Source: Candidatus Omnitrophota bacterium (GTDB lineage Bacteria > Omnitrophota > Gorgyraeia > Zapsychrales > JANLHA01). Taken from it: a stretch of 64,000 nucleotides of DNA. Below the pieces are notes generated by a model. It made no database searches. It had not been told where the DNA came from and worked only from the letters and a program-made list of their open reading frames with translations. This document shows, piece after piece, positions 27,006-38,378 of this stretch; the stretch's first letter is position 1; each line of letters starts with the position of its first letter. The stretch spans positions 7,965 through 71,964 of the forward strand of contig JAKQKX010000023.1 of the NCBI GenBank assembly GCA_029560465.1, in the 5' to 3' direction. Made by a program: the position numbers and the translations under genes.

Positions 27006-29207
27006 CTAGGACTTATTTTTTTGCCACGCCAGAACCAGGGGCACGGCGATAAAAATCGTCGAATACGTCCCGGTGATGAATCCGATGATCAGACTGAGCG
27101 CGAACGTGTTCAAACTCTCCCCCCCGAACAGATATATGGAGGTCACGGTGATCAGCGTCGTGAATGTGGTCAGAATGGTTCGGCTTAATGTCTGGTTGAT
27201 GCTGATGTTGAGGACATCCCGGAATTTTGTTTTTCTTAATTTGGGCATGTTTTCCCGCACCCGGTCATAAATGACGATTGTGTCGTTAATCGAGTAACCG
27301 GTGATGGTCAACAGTGCGGTGATGATGAGCAGGTCTATTTGCCGTCCCATCATGGCCAAAAATCCCACGGTAATCGCCACGTCGTGCAAGAGGGCGATGA
27401 CGCCGGTGGTGGCGAAATCGAAATGGTGGAACCGGAAGCCGACATAGACCAGGATCCCGGCCAGGGCGAACACCACGGCGGACACGGCCCGTTTCCTTAA
27501 GTCTTTTCCCACAACGGGGCCGACGGCTTCAATCCGCAGGATTTGAAACGGATTGTCCGCCATTTTTTCCCTGAACACTTTCATGACCGCCGTGTCCGTA
27601 TCTTGTGCCGAGCGGATGATCACGTCCTCCGGGTGTTTATCGAAGCCCTGAATGACGAGGTCGTGGATGCCATTGGCCTTGAAGATGTCCCGCAGGTCCT
27701 GGGCCTTGACCGGTTTCTGAAAGCGGTATTCCTGAACCTGCCCTCCGGCGAAATCAATCCCGTAAACCGTGTCCTTTTTCTGGAAAAAGGAAAAAAGCCC
27801 GACTCCGATCAGAATGGCAGACAGCGCCGCACAGATATAACGTTTGGACACGAAATCGATGTTCAGTTTTGAAAAAATCTGTAGCATGGGCAGGGACTTC
27901 AGGACTTTCATTTCAATAAGCAGTATGAATAGGGTGCGGTTGATGAAAATCGCGGTAAAAAGGCTGGATAATAAACCGATGGTTAATGTCACGGCAAACC
28001 CCTTGATGGGGCCGGACCCGAATTGGAAGAGCATGAAGGCCGCGATGAGCGTGGTCAAATTGGAGTCCAGGATGGCGGAAAACGCCTTATTAAATCCGCT
28101 TGATGTTGCTGCGTGTATTGGCCGGCCATTGTCAAGTTCTTCCCTGATGCGTTCGTTGATCAGGATATTCGCGTCCACGGCCATGCCCATGGTGAGGATG
28201 ATCCCCGCTATGCCGGGCAAGGTCAGCGTTACTTTTGACCCCGGCAGGAGGTAGTTAAGGGCGCCCATGACACCAACGATAATCACCAAATTGCACAACA
28301 GAACGATATCCGAGATGATGCCGGCTTTCAAATAATAGATCAGCATAAAGATCAGGACCGCGATACCTCCGATAACACTGGCCGTCACCCCGGCGCGGAT
28401 TGAATCCTGGCCCAAAAGCGGTCCGATAGTGCGCTCTTCTTCCACGTGCATGGGCGCGGGCAATGACCCGGAACGCAGGGCTAAAGCGAGCAGGGAAGCT
28501 TCTTCCACGGTGAATTGGCCGGTGATGACACCCCGGCCGCTTAGGATCGGCTCGCTGATATTGGGCGCGGAAAGCACTTCCCCATCCAGCAGGATCGCAA
28601 GGCGGTCATTGACATGGGCGCGGGTCAGCCTCGCGAAGGTTTTAGCTCCGTCGCCGTTTAGGGTAAAACTGATCTGCGGCTCCCCGAAGGCGGCATTGTT
28701 AAAATCGACCATGGCGTTGGCGATCGTATCCCCGGTTAAAGACGGTTTCTCGGCGACCAGGATAAAATCCGTCTTGCCTTTGACCTTTTTGAGCAAATAA
28801 CCCGGCGGGTTGGTCTCGCTTGATAAAGCCTCATTTAAAAGGTTGGGGTCCTCATTGACCAGGCTGAATTCCAGCTGGGCCACCGTTCCGATCAGTTCTT
28901 TCGCCTTGTCACGGTCGGTGACTCCGGGAAGTTGGACGATGATCTGGTCTTCTCCCTGCCTTTGAATAACCGGCTCGGCTACCCCTAACTGGTCAATACG
29001 GTTCCGTAAAATTTCGATAGCCCGGGGCACCGCGTCCTTTTTGGCTTCTTCCTCAAGTTTTTCCGTGTCCACTTTCATGACCAGATGAATGCCGCCTTTC
29101 AGGTCAAGCCCGAGGTTTACTTTCTTGTCTAAAGGTAAAGCAAAGTACAAGGAGGCCGCGATCACGCCCGCCACGACCAGTAAACGTATTTTCAGGTTTT
29201 TGCTCAT
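27006..29207 (-). CDS. secDF: protein translocase subunit SecDF (fused SecD-SecF)
   Basis: 733 aa, 12 TM. SecD periplasmic domain and SecF half are recognisable. Confidence 0.9.
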   Translation of the reverse strand: MSKNLKIRLLVVAGVIAASLYFALPLDKKVNLGLDLKGGIHLVMKVDTEKLEEEAKKDAVPRAIEILRNRIDQLGVAEPVIQRQGEDQIIVQLPGVTDRDKAKELIGTVAQLEFSLVNEDPNLLNEALSSETNPPGYLLKKVKGKTDFILVAEKPSLTGDTIANAMVDFNNAAFGEPQISFTLNGDGAKTFARLTRAHVNDRLAILLDGEVLSAPNISEPILSGRGVITGQFTVEEASLLALALRSGSLPAPMHVEEERTIGPLLGQDSIRAGVTASVIGGIAVLIFMLIYYLKAGIISDIVLLCNLVIIVGVMGALNYLLPGSKVTLTLPGIAGIILTMGMAVDANILINERIREELDNGRPIHAATSSGFNKAFSAILDSNLTTLIAAFMLFQFGSGPIKGFAVTLTIGLLSSLFTAIFINRTLFILLIEMKVLKSLPMLQIFSKLNIDFVSKRYICAALSAILIGVGLFSFFQKKDTVYGIDFAGGQVQEYRFQKPVKAQDLRDIFKANGIHDLVIQGFDKHPEDVIIRSAQDTDTAVMKVFREKMADNPFQILRIEAVGPVVGKDLRKRAVSAVVFALAGILVYVGFRFHHFDFATTGVIALLHDVAITVGFLAMMGRQIDLLIITALLTITGYSINDTIVIYDRVRENMPKLRKTKFRDVLNISINQTLSRTILTTFTTLITVTSIYLFGGESLNTFALSLIIGFITGTYSTIFIAVPLVLAWQKNKS

Positions 29208-29234
29208 TGGTTTGTCCTCTCTTTTATATTAACG

Positions 29235-29534
29235 CTATGTTTCGCTGATAGTCGCAATCGCATCTTTATCCACTTCGATTTTTACATTGTCATCAACACG
29301 CAGTATGACCGTGGCCGTCTTGATATTAACGACTGTCCCGTGAATGCCTCCAGCCGTGACAACCTGATCGTTCTTTTTGAGCTTCTCCTGGAGTTCTTTC
29401 TTCTTTTTTTGTTTTTCTTTTTCCTCCGGCCTAAAGACGATGAAATAGAAAATGAACGCGATCACAATGAATGGGATCATTTGTGAAAATTGATTGGCTG
29501 TCGTTTCTACGGGCATAAAGAGACCTTTCTTCAA
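29235..29534 (-). CDS. yajC: preprotein translocase subunit YajC
   Basis: Single TM then VVTAGGIHGTVVNI... pattern. 99 aa. Lies upstream of secDF as usual. Confidence 0.8.
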   Translation of the reverse strand: MKKGLFMPVETTANQFSQMIPFIVIAFIFYFIVFRPEEKEKQKKKKELQEKLKKNDQVVTAGGIHGTVVNIKTATVILRVDDNVKIEVDKDAIATISET

Positions 29535-29576
29535 CCGGGTTAATAAGAAATTCCAGCGAACATCAGGCTCGGGAAT

Positions 29577-29825
29577 TTACCCCTTGGCGGTTTTCTTAAC
29601 CAGGGACCGTACCGTGTCGGTCATCTGGGCTCCTTTTTGAAGCCATTTCTCCAGCTTCTCCTTGTTCAAGGAAATCACCGCCGGTTTTTTTGCCGGGTCA
29701 TAATATCCGAGGATATCCAGGGCCCGTCCCTGTTTGGGGTCGCTCTTGCTTAAAACGACGATCCGGTAGTTATACTTCTTGTTGGCTTTGGCTCCTGCTT
29801 TTTGCAGACGAATGCGTACTTCCAT
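29577..29825 (-). CDS. rpsP: 30S ribosomal protein S16
   Basis: [24 protein letters not shown]...GYYDP. 82 aa. Confidence 0.88.
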   Translation of the reverse strand: MEVRIRLQKAGAKANKKYNYRIVVLSKSDPKQGRALDILGYYDPAKKPAVISLNKEKLEKWLQKGAQMTDTVRSLVKKTAKG

Positions 29826-31405
29826 TAATGTGTCCTCCTTCTTCCTTTTTTATAAGCAGCACGTGCTTTTTTTTCTTTGAGGGGACGCGTGGTCCCGTTA
29901 CTCCAAATGTGATGGGCCTGTTCAATGGCTAAAATTTGTGCCCGGGCTTTGTTCATGGTTTCCTGGTATTCGCGGTGAGGCACGGAATCTGCCACGATCC
30001 CCGCGCCGGCCTGAATATAGGCTTTGCCTTGATGCGCGACGATGGTCCGGATCGTGATGCAGGAATCCAGGTTCCCTGAGAAACTAAAATAACCGATGCA
30101 TCCGGCGTAGGGGCCGCGGGCGACGTTTTCCAGGGTGTCAATCAGCTCCATGGCTCTGATTTTCGGGGCGCCGGATACCGTGCCAGCCGGAAAAGCGGCT
30201 TGAAGGACGTCCAGGGAATCTTTCTCAGGCATGAGCCGCCCTTTGACATTCGAGACGATATGCATGACATGGGAATATTTCTCAACGGCCATGAATTCAG
30301 AAACTTCGACGGTGCCTTTCTGACAGACCCGGCCCAGATCATTGCGTCCCAAATCAACCAGCATGATGTGCTCGGCAATCTCTTTAGGGTCGCGCAGGAG
30401 GTCTTCCGCCAGTTTCTTGTCTTCTTGTTCATCCTGGCCTCGCGGACGGGTCCCGGCGATGGGGCGCGTTTCCACGACACCGTCTTCGCAGCGGATAAGA
30501 AGTTCCGGGGAAGATCCGACAATGGCGGTCCCATTGAAATGAAGGTAGTACATGTAGGGTGATGGGTTCAGCGCCCGCAGCATGCGGTAAAGATAAAATG
30601 GCGAAACGGTCATGTCCACTTCAAACCGCTGGGAAAGAACGATCTGGATAATTTCCCCCGCCCGGATTTGTTTCTTGGCTTCCTTCACGATTGTTTCAAA
30701 ACGTTCCTGGGTCATGTTGGACCGCACGTCGAGGGCGCGCGGAGAGCGTCCGCCCAAGAGTGCCTCCGGTTTCAACGGCCGTTTGAGCTTTCTGATGATG
30801 CCTTGTATCGTTTTGACCGCCAGAGAATACGCTTTAATGCGGGCTTTTTCGTTCATACGCTCAGGGACGTGCACGCAATAAACCACTTTAATTTTATGGT
30901 TTAAGTGGTCAAAAATGACCAGGCTTTTAGCGAGGACCAGGAGCATCTCCGGCAGGTTCAAATCATTGTCCGGCTGATCCGGGAGATGTTCAAAGAATCG
31001 CACCATATCGTATCCGAGGTATCCCACCAGGCCGCCGCAAAAGCGAGGCAGTCCGGGGATGGGGACAAACGAGTATTCTTTCATGACATCCCGGATGACC
31101 TCAAGCGGGGAATCCGTTTCCGGAAGCTGGATTTGACGGGTTTGGCCTTTTAAGAGGTCGATCATGTCAACCGTCCGCCCGCGGGCCCGTATGACTTTCT
31201 GGGGATGCGACGCCAGGAATGAAAACTGGGCCACCTTTTTTTCCCCTTCAACGGACTCCAGCAGAAACGAATACCCGTTCTTATCGGCGAGCTTGTAATA
31301 AGCGGATACCGGTGTGTCCAAGTCTCCCAGAATTTCATCATAGACTGGAATGAGGTTCCCTTTTTTCGTCAGTTTTAGAAATTCATTTAAATCCGGTTTT
31401 ATCAT
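29825..31405 (-). CDS. trpE: anthranilate synthase component I family (TrpE; the paralogue PabB cannot be excluded)
   Basis: N-terminal [18 protein letters not shown]. Chorismate-binding C-terminal region (GAVGYFSF-like [17 protein letters not shown]). 526 aa. Confidence 0.78.
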   Translation of the reverse strand: MIKPDLNEFLKLTKKGNLIPVYDEILGDLDTPVSAYYKLADKNGYSFLLESVEGEKKVAQFSFLASHPQKVIRARGRTVDMIDLLKGQTRQIQLPETDSPLEVIRDVMKEYSFVPIPGLPRFCGGLVGYLGYDMVRFFEHLPDQPDNDLNLPEMLLVLAKSLVIFDHLNHKIKVVYCVHVPERMNEKARIKAYSLAVKTIQGIIRKLKRPLKPEALLGGRSPRALDVRSNMTQERFETIVKEAKKQIRAGEIIQIVLSQRFEVDMTVSPFYLYRMLRALNPSPYMYYLHFNGTAIVGSSPELLIRCEDGVVETRPIAGTRPRGQDEQEDKKLAEDLLRDPKEIAEHIMLVDLGRNDLGRVCQKGTVEVSEFMAVEKYSHVMHIVSNVKGRLMPEKDSLDVLQAAFPAGTVSGAPKIRAMELIDTLENVARGPYAGCIGYFSFSGNLDSCITIRTIVAHQGKAYIQAGAGIVADSVPHREYQETMNKARAQILAIEQAHHIWSNGTTRPLKEKKARAAYKKGRRRTH

Positions 31406-31767
31406 TTTTTCCTTGGACTCGTTATTTCACGGTAAAAACAGCTTTTTTTCAAAGTATGGCACGCGGCGCCGATTTGCTCTACGGTAATCAGCAGGGTATC
31501 GCAATCGCAGTCATAGCAAATTTTTTTAACATGCTGGAAGTGCCCTGATGTCATGCCCTTCACCCAGTACTCCTGGCGGGAACGGGACCAGAAGCAGGTC
31601 TTCCCTCCTTTCAGGGTTTTTTTCAGCGAGTCGATGTTCATGTACGCCATCATCAGGACCTCTTTGGTTTTATGGTCCTGGATGATCGCGGGAATAAGCC
31701 CGTTGGCGTCAAATTTTAGTTTGTGCAGGGTCCGTGGGGTGATCTGCATTGTTTCAAGCTTGTTCAT
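31402..31767 (-). CDS. hisI: phosphoribosyl-AMP cyclohydrolase (monofunctional, no HisE half)
   Basis: [22 protein letters not shown]...DCDCDTLLI. 121 aa. Confidence 0.88.
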   Translation of the reverse strand: MNKLETMQITPRTLHKLKFDANGLIPAIIQDHKTKEVLMMAYMNIDSLKKTLKGGKTCFWSRSRQEYWVKGMTSGHFQHVKKICYDCDCDTLLITVEQIGAACHTLKKSCFYREITSPRKK

Positions 31768-32519
31768 AATCGTACCGGTACACCCTTTCCTTTGAGGTAG
31801 TTTTTAATATCCTGAATGGCCAGTTCTCCGTAATGAAATACGGAGGCGGCCAACGCGGCGTCCGCGCCTGTTTGTGCAAGGACGTCCAAGAAATCCCCGG
31901 GCTTCCCAGCGCCGCCGGAGGCGATCACAGGAATGTTGACCGCTTGACAAACCGCTTCCGTCAGGGCCAGGTCATAACCGTTTTTGGTGCCGTCATAATC
32001 CATGCTGGTTAAAAGGATTTCCCCGGCCCCGAGTTCTTCCCCCTTCTTGGCCCATTGGATGGCGTCCAATTCCGTGCGGATACGGCCGCCGTTAATGTAA
32101 ACCGCCCAGTGATCTTGTTCGCGTTTGGCGTCTATGGCCAGGACAATGCACTGGCTCCCGAACCGGTCTGCCGCTTCTTTGAGAATGGCGGGGTTGCGGA
32201 CGGCTGCCGAGTTGATGGACACCTTGTCCGCGCCCGCGTTGAGCAGTTTCCGGATATCCTCAATTCCCGTAATCCCGCCTCCGACCGTAAGCGGCATAAA
32301 GACTTTTTCCGCGGTTGAACGCACGACGTCCAGAATAATCGGCCGTTCCTCGTGGCTGGCGGTGATATCAAGGAAAACAATCTCATCCGCGCCCAGACGG
32401 TTATAACTTTCCGCGATTTCTATGGGATCGCCGGCATCGCGTAATTGAATAAAATTAACGCCTTTGACTACGCGGCCGTTTTTAACATCCAAGCAGGGGA
32501 TTATCCTTTTTGTGAGCAT
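31764..32519 (-). CDS. hisF: imidazole glycerol phosphate synthase cyclase subunit
   Basis: [23 protein letters not shown] is the canonical HisF start. Confidence 0.93.
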   Translation of the reverse strand: MLTKRIIPCLDVKNGRVVKGVNFIQLRDAGDPIEIAESYNRLGADEIVFLDITASHEERPIILDVVRSTAEKVFMPLTVGGGITGIEDIRKLLNAGADKVSINSAAVRNPAILKEAADRFGSQCIVLAIDAKREQDHWAVYINGGRIRTELDAIQWAKKGEELGAGEILLTSMDYDGTKNGYDLALTEAVCQAVNIPVIASGGAGKPGDFLDVLAQTGADAALAASVFHYGELAIQDIKNYLKGKGVPVRL

Positions 32520-33232
32520 AGCTGAATCGCTTCCTTTAAATCTAAAGTCCCTTCATAAATGGCCCGGCCGGTGATCGCGCCGGTGATGCCCAGTGGTTCC
32601 ATATCCCGGAGCTGCTCAATATCCCGGATATCTTTAATGCCTCCGGAGGCGATGACCGGAATGGTGACCGCCTTGAGCAGTTCTTTGAGGGCGGCGTAGT
32701 TGGGGCCGCTGAGCATTCCGTCGGTTTTAATATCCGTGTAAATCAGGCACGTGAGCCCCATCCGTTCCAAATCCCGGGCAAAATCAGTGGCCTTGATGTG
32801 CGTGACCTTTGTCCATCCTTTTGTCGTCAGATATCCGTCCTTGCAGTCCAGGCTCACGGTGATTTTTTCCGGCCATCGCGCCAGAAGATTTCTTAAAAAC
32901 TCCAGGTTTTCGATGGCTTGAGTGCCTAAAACAACGCGCGCTATGCCGGCGTCAAGCAGCGTGGCGATTTCGGCTTCAGTCCGGATGCCGCCTCCGCATT
33001 GCACCGGGACAGCAACAGCCCGGGTAATTTTAATGATCGTTTCCGTGTTTTGGGGCGTGCCGTTTCGCGCGCCGTCCAGATCAATCACATGCAGCCATGG
33101 GGCTCCGGCTTGTTCCCATGTTTGAGCCACCTGGACAGGGTCGTCCGCGTATTGCGTCGTATCTTGAAAACGTCCCTGTTTGAGCCGGACGACCCTTTTG
33201 TCTTGTATATCTATGGCCGGATAAAGGATCAT
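32501..33232 (-). CDS. hisA: ProFAR isomerase
   Basis: [20 protein letters not shown]. 243 aa. Confidence 0.9.
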   Translation of the reverse strand: MILYPAIDIQDKRVVRLKQGRFQDTTQYADDPVQVAQTWEQAGAPWLHVIDLDGARNGTPQNTETIIKITRAVAVPVQCGGGIRTEAEIATLLDAGIARVVLGTQAIENLEFLRNLLARWPEKITVSLDCKDGYLTTKGWTKVTHIKATDFARDLERMGLTCLIYTDIKTDGMLSGPNYAALKELLKAVTIPVIASGGIKDIRDIEQLRDMEPLGITGAITGRAIYEGTLDLKEAIQLCSQKG

Positions 33233-33837
33233 GTGTTCTCAATGAAATTTTTAAGAATGCGCAGCCCGATGTCCTGGCTTTTTTCCGGGTGAAACTGGAC
33301 ACCGAACACGTTTTTATCCCAGACAGAGGACGAGAATGATCTGCCGTACTCCGTTAAACTGGCGGTTATCTCCGGCTTATCCGGTTTTACATAATACGAA
33401 TGGCAAAAATACACGTATGTTTCTAGAGGCAGCCCTTTCCATAAGGGACAATCATCCCGCTGGAAGACGAGCGCATTCCAGCCGATATGGGGAACTTTCT
33501 GGCCCGGAGGGAATCGTTCGACTGTCCCGGTTAGAAGGTTTAATCCCGGGACATCGCCACCTTCCGTGCTTCGGCTGAACAATAATTGAAAACCGAGGCA
33601 GATCCCGAGGAACGGTTTCCCCGTTGTCACGAAGTCTCGTATAATGTCCATGAGCCCCAGTTCGTGTAATTTCTGCATGGCCGGGGCCATGGCCCCGACT
33701 CCCGGGAGGACGAGCCTTTCCGCTTGGGCGACCAGACCGGCCTCGTTGGTGATGGTTGCCCGGGCCCCGGCTTTTTCAAAAGCTTTTTGCACGCTGCGCA
33801 GGTTGCCCATGCCATAATCAATAATCGTAATATCCAT
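33229..33837 (-). CDS. hisH: imidazole glycerol phosphate synthase glutaminase subunit
   Basis: MDITIIDYGMGNLRSV, catalytic Cys (GICLGFQ). 202 aa. Confidence 0.9.
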   Translation of the reverse strand: MDITIIDYGMGNLRSVQKAFEKAGARATITNEAGLVAQAERLVLPGVGAMAPAMQKLHELGLMDIIRDFVTTGKPFLGICLGFQLLFSRSTEGGDVPGLNLLTGTVERFPPGQKVPHIGWNALVFQRDDCPLWKGLPLETYVYFCHSYYVKPDKPEITASLTEYGRSFSSSVWDKNVFGVQFHPEKSQDIGLRILKNFIENT

Positions 33838-33875
33838 ATCTGCCTGTTTTAAATTTTAGCGTATTCATTTAATTC

Positions 33876-34484
33876 TTAGTCGATAATTCCTTTTGTCGAA
33901 GGGATCGTTGCGGCCCTGCGAGGGTCGATCTGTGTCGCTTGATCCAGCGCCAGGCCCAGGGATTTAAAAACGGTCTCTAAATTGGTGTGCAGGTCGTCAC
34001 TCTGTCCGCTGACTTGGACAACCAGGGTCGCTCCGAGGCTGTGCGCGAACGATTCCAGTAAATGCTCCATGTAAGAGATCGAGTACCCTTCTTGATCCTG
34101 CCCTTTGGTCAGGTTATGGCTGAAATAGCCCCGTCCGTTGATATCAATGACCGCGTGCCCCAGGGTCGATTCCATCGGCGCGAACCCGGACCCGAAACGG
34201 CGTATTCCTTGTTTTGTATCCAGGGCTTGACTAAAGGTTTTGCCCAGCACGATCCCGATGTCTTCGTTCGTGTGGTGGATATCGATCTCAAGGTCCGCTT
34301 TCTGGACCGTCAGTTCCAGATCAAAAAAGCCGTGAAAAGCGAAGAGCTCAAGCATATGATCAAGAAAACCGATCTGAGTTTTGATCCGGGCTTCTCCCCT
34401 CCCGTCGATATTGAGCTGGCAGGAAATTTCGGTCTCTTTGCTTTTTCTTAGAAAACGGGTTTTCCGTTCACTGGATACGCCCAT
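33876..34484 (-). CDS. hisB: imidazoleglycerol-phosphate dehydratase
   Basis: RKSKETEISCQLNIDG...FLDHML...HHTNEDIGIVLG. Confidence 0.9.
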   Translation of the reverse strand: MGVSSERKTRFLRKSKETEISCQLNIDGRGEARIKTQIGFLDHMLELFAFHGFFDLELTVQKADLEIDIHHTNEDIGIVLGKTFSQALDTKQGIRRFGSGFAPMESTLGHAVIDINGRGYFSHNLTKGQDQEGYSISYMEHLLESFAHSLGATLVVQVSGQSDDLHTNLETVFKSLGLALDQATQIDPRRAATIPSTKGIID

Positions 34485-34497
34485 GATCGTGATCCTT

Positions 34498-35748
34498 TCA
34501 TCCCTTGGTTTCTGGTTTATGGTGTCCCGTGAAGCGGATCTGCACCGAATCCGCGTGCTTTGTCAGATTTTCCAGCTGCGCGATTTTGATGACGTTGGGA
34601 TAAACTCTTTCCAGGGCGCGCCTGGAAAAGGAAATCACGTGGCTGGTTTTCATAAAGTGGTGCACGCTGAGACCCGAAAAGAAACGGGCGGTCCCCATGG
34701 TCGGTAAGACATGGCTGGGGCCAGCGGCGTAATCTCCAACCGCTGTGGGGCTGTAAGGCCCTAGAAAGATCGCGCCGGCGTTGCGGATTTTCCTGGAGAT
34801 GCTTTTAGGATTGTTCGTCAGGATTTCCAGATGTTCCGGAGCGATCTTATTAACCACGTCCACTGCCTCATCCATATTCTGGACATAAATCCCATAGCCG
34901 TTCGCGAGGCGTTTGCGGACCTGCCGCAGGAGTTGTTTTGACGTTGTCACCAGAATGGCCAATCCCCCCAGATGCTCCATTTGCGCTTCGAGATCAGCGA
35001 TCACAAAATCCGGGTTGCTGAACCGGTTGGCGATAATCACAAGCTCCGAAGGCCCGGCCAGCATGTCAATATCCACAAAGCCGAACAATTGCCGTTTAGC
35101 TTCCGTGACATACATGTTCCCGGGCCCGATAATCATATCCACTTTGGGGACGGTCTTGGTGCCGAGGGCGAGCGCGGCCACGGCCTGCGCGCCTCCCATT
35201 TTATAAATTGAGTTTACTTTCAGCAAATTGGCCACGGCCAGGATATGCGGGTTAATATGCCCCTGGGAGTTCGGGGGTGTCGCGATGATAATATTTTTGA
35301 CGCCGGCGACTTTGGCCGGGATGACGGTCATATAAACGGATGAGACCAAAGGCGCGGTACCGGCCGGGATGTAGATGCCCACCGTCTCCAAAGGATGGAT
35401 ATTTTCTCCCAGTAAAACCCCTTCTTGATCTTTGATGCGGCAGGGCTTGGGGACTTGTTTTTTGTAAAAGAGCGTAACGTTATTAATAATCACTTTCAGG
35501 TTATTGATAAAATCGCTGGTGATATTCTGATACGCCGCGCTGATCTCATTTTCCGCCACGCACAGATCCTTGGGATTTAATTTGGCTTTGTCAAATCGAC
35601 GGGTGTATTTAATGACCGCGTCATCGCCGCGCAACTGGACATCTTCAATGATCTTTTTGACTTTCTCTTCAATGTGCCGTTTGCGGACGTTCTGATGGCG
35701 GTTGTAGATATCTTGGATACCCTGACCGTTGAGTTTAAGGATTTTCAT
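34498..35748 (-). CDS. hisD: histidinol dehydrogenase
   Basis: 416 aa. HisD motifs (GGAQAVAALALGT, IDMLAGPSE). Confidence 0.92.
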   Translation of the reverse strand: MKILKLNGQGIQDIYNRHQNVRKRHIEEKVKKIIEDVQLRGDDAVIKYTRRFDKAKLNPKDLCVAENEISAAYQNITSDFINNLKVIINNVTLFYKKQVPKPCRIKDQEGVLLGENIHPLETVGIYIPAGTAPLVSSVYMTVIPAKVAGVKNIIIATPPNSQGHINPHILAVANLLKVNSIYKMGGAQAVAALALGTKTVPKVDMIIGPGNMYVTEAKRQLFGFVDIDMLAGPSELVIIANRFSNPDFVIADLEAQMEHLGGLAILVTTSKQLLRQVRKRLANGYGIYVQNMDEAVDVVNKIAPEHLEILTNNPKSISRKIRNAGAIFLGPYSPTAVGDYAAGPSHVLPTMGTARFFSGLSVHHFMKTSHVISFSRRALERVYPNVIKIAQLENLTKHADSVQIRFTGHHKPETKG

Positions 35749-38375
35749 GCTGAAGTGTTCCTTTGTTTAATAAAATTCTCGGCCTGCCGCAGCGCGTCCA
35801 CCAGTAAACCCGGGTTCTGGCTGCCGGCTTGGGCCATTGTGTCGCGCCCTCCGCCGTTCCCTTTGATTGCTTCAGCGATCACCTGAATAATCTCCTTCGC
35901 GTTCCAGCCTCCTTTGACAAGCGCTGGGCTCACGACGGCCAGGACCTGCACGTCGTCTTTGCTCCGGGATGCCAAAATGACGATCGCGTCAAACTGCTGT
36001 TTAATAGTGTCAGCGAGTTTTCTCAAGACATTAGTCGCCACGCCATCAAACGTGCGCGTGATGACCCGTGCCCCGTTGAGGTCCCGTGCCTCTGAAAGAA
36101 TTTTGGGAAGCTCCTTGAGCACGGCTTCCGTCTGGTATTTTTCCAGGTCTTTCTCCAACTGCTTCATACGTTGGATTTGCAGAGCGGCGCGTTCGTCTAG
36201 CTCTGTCACCGGTGATTTCATCAATTGGGACAGGCGGCGGAGCAGGTCTTCCCGTTCGTTGATAAATCCCAGGGCCCCGGTGCCGGTTTTGGCTTCGATG
36301 CGCCGGATTCCCTGGGCGATGGCAGACTCGTTTATAATTTTAAAAATCCCGATTTGCCCGGTGGAGTCCAAATGGGTGCCTCCGCACAGCTCAATGGAAA
36401 AATCATCAATTGCCACCACCCGGACTGTGTCGGAATATTTTTCGGCAAAGAACGCCAGCGCGCCGTTATTTTTAGCCTGGTCCAGCGGCATAGTTTTTTT
36501 AGAGACTGTCCCGCAGGTGAGGATACGGTCGTTGACATAGGTTTCCAAGGCACGGATGTCATCAGCGCTCAAGGCCTTGGGATGAGAAAAATCAAACCGC
36601 AGGCGTTCTTCATCAACCATGGAGCCCTGCTGTTGGACATGTTGGCCCAAGATGTGGCGTAAGGCCGCCTGCAACAGATGGGTGGCGGTGTGGTTGCGCA
36701 TAATCGCCATGCGCCGTTTTATGTCGATTTGCGCCGTCACGTTTTCTTCAAGGCTCAGGCCGCCGTTTTCGACCTTCCCGTTATGAATGAAAATGTCGGA
36801 AATTTTGTGCGTGCCAGTGACGCGGATCGTCCCGGACGGCCCCTGGATGACACCGGTGTCGCCGACTTGACCGCCGGATTCCGCGTAAAACGGGGTGGCG
36901 TCCAGCACGCATTGCACTTCCTCCCCTTCCTGTACGGTGGCGCGTTCTTGTGTGTTGACAAAAAGTTTAAGGATCCGCGCCGGGACAGTATTGTGTTCAT
37001 ACCCCAGGAATTGTGTTTTACAAACGTTGAGGTTCAGTTCAGTGTCCGTGAAGACGTCCCCGGCCATTTTGCTGGCTGCCCTGGAACGGCACTGCTGCTG
37101 ATGCATCAGTTGTTTATAAACATCAAGATCCTGGCAGAGAAATTCTTCTGAAACGCCTTTCTTTTTCGCTGTCGCCACGATCACAGAAAGCGGCAGCCCG
37201 TACGTGTCCCGGAATTTGAAATAAGTTTCCCCCCGTTCCCGGGAGGACATGGCGGTTAAATCCAGGGTTTCCAGTTCCGGGATCCGCTGGGAGCGCACTT
37301 GGATGAATGCCTCTTCGGTTTTCTTGATAAGATCGGCGATATCCTCGGCTTTGTCAGCCAATTCCGGGTACTGGTCCTGCATCACCCGGACGACTTCCGG
37401 GACAAGCTGGTAGATGCCGGGTTGTTGCGGCCCGTAAGACAGGGCGATGTTGGCGCTGTCATTGATCAGCCTTTTGACCACGGAACCCCGTTCTTTATTG
37501 GAAGGAATAATCCCGTCAGAGATCGCAAAGACGATAGCCCGGATGTGATCGGCCACGATGCATTCCTCTTCCCAGGAGAGGTCCCCGGGAATGAGCTGCC
37601 GGATTGCCTGGCGGATCCCCACGAATAGGTCCGTATCGAAATTGTTCTTTTTCCCTTGAATGACAGCGGTGAGCCGTTCCAACCCCATGCCGGTATCAAT
37701 ATTCTTGGCAGGTAATGGTTCGAGCACGCCTCCGTCCTTGCGTTCAAATTGGGTGAACACTAGGTTCCATATTTCCGCGAACCGCCCGCAGTCGCAGTCC
37801 GGGTTGCACTCGGGGTTCTGGCATTTCGGGTTCCGCCCGTAGTCGTAAAAGATTTCCGAGCAGGGCCCGCAGGGGCCGTTTGGCCCTTCGGCCCTGGCGT
37901 TGGAAGGCCAGAAATTGCTTTTGTCCCCAAGCCGGACCAGCCTTTGGGGTTGAATTTTTATCGTGTCCAGCCAAATCCCGGCCGCTTCTTCATCATCCTT
38001 ATGCACGGAAACCCATAATTTTTCAGCTGGCAAGTTGACGACTCCGGTCAAAAACTCCCAGGCCCACGTGATGGCTTCTTTCTTGAAGTAGTCTCCGAAC
38101 GAAAAGTTGCCCAGCATTTCAAAGAATGTGTGGTGAAAGTTGGTCTTCCCCACCTGCTCCAGATCATCGGTGCGCAGGCATTTCTGGGAGGATGCGGCCC
38201 GGGTGTACTCGTCAATGTGGCCAAGGAACTGGCGCTTGAATTGTTGCATCCCGGCGGTCGTGAATAGAACCGTCGGGTCATTTTTGGGCACCAAAGAGTC
38301 GCTCCGGATGAGGGCATGCCCCTTTGAGACAAAAAAATCCAGGTATCTTTTTCTGATGGCGGATGCGGTGAGCAT
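35745..38375 (-). CDS. alaS: alanine--tRNA ligase
   Basis: 876 aa. Class II core (FTTAGMQQFK), editing-domain HxxxH/CxxxH region, C-terminal DHHA1. Confidence 0.95.
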   Translation of the reverse strand: MLTASAIRKRYLDFFVSKGHALIRSDSLVPKNDPTVLFTTAGMQQFKRQFLGHIDEYTRAASSQKCLRTDDLEQVGKTNFHHTFFEMLGNFSFGDYFKKEAITWAWEFLTGVVNLPAEKLWVSVHKDDEEAAGIWLDTIKIQPQRLVRLGDKSNFWPSNARAEGPNGPCGPCSEIFYDYGRNPKCQNPECNPDCDCGRFAEIWNLVFTQFERKDGGVLEPLPAKNIDTGMGLERLTAVIQGKKNNFDTDLFVGIRQAIRQLIPGDLSWEEECIVADHIRAIVFAISDGIIPSNKERGSVVKRLINDSANIALSYGPQQPGIYQLVPEVVRVMQDQYPELADKAEDIADLIKKTEEAFIQVRSQRIPELETLDLTAMSSRERGETYFKFRDTYGLPLSVIVATAKKKGVSEEFLCQDLDVYKQLMHQQQCRSRAASKMAGDVFTDTELNLNVCKTQFLGYEHNTVPARILKLFVNTQERATVQEGEEVQCVLDATPFYAESGGQVGDTGVIQGPSGTIRVTGTHKISDIFIHNGKVENGGLSLEENVTAQIDIKRRMAIMRNHTATHLLQAALRHILGQHVQQQGSMVDEERLRFDFSHPKALSADDIRALETYVNDRILTCGTVSKKTMPLDQAKNNGALAFFAEKYSDTVRVVAIDDFSIELCGGTHLDSTGQIGIFKIINESAIAQGIRRIEAKTGTGALGFINEREDLLRRLSQLMKSPVTELDERAALQIQRMKQLEKDLEKYQTEAVLKELPKILSEARDLNGARVITRTFDGVATNVLRKLADTIKQQFDAIVILASRSKDDVQVLAVVSPALVKGGWNAKEIIQVIAEAIKGNGGGRDTMAQAGSQNPGLLVDALRQAENFIKQRNTSA

Positions 38376-38378
38376 GGT

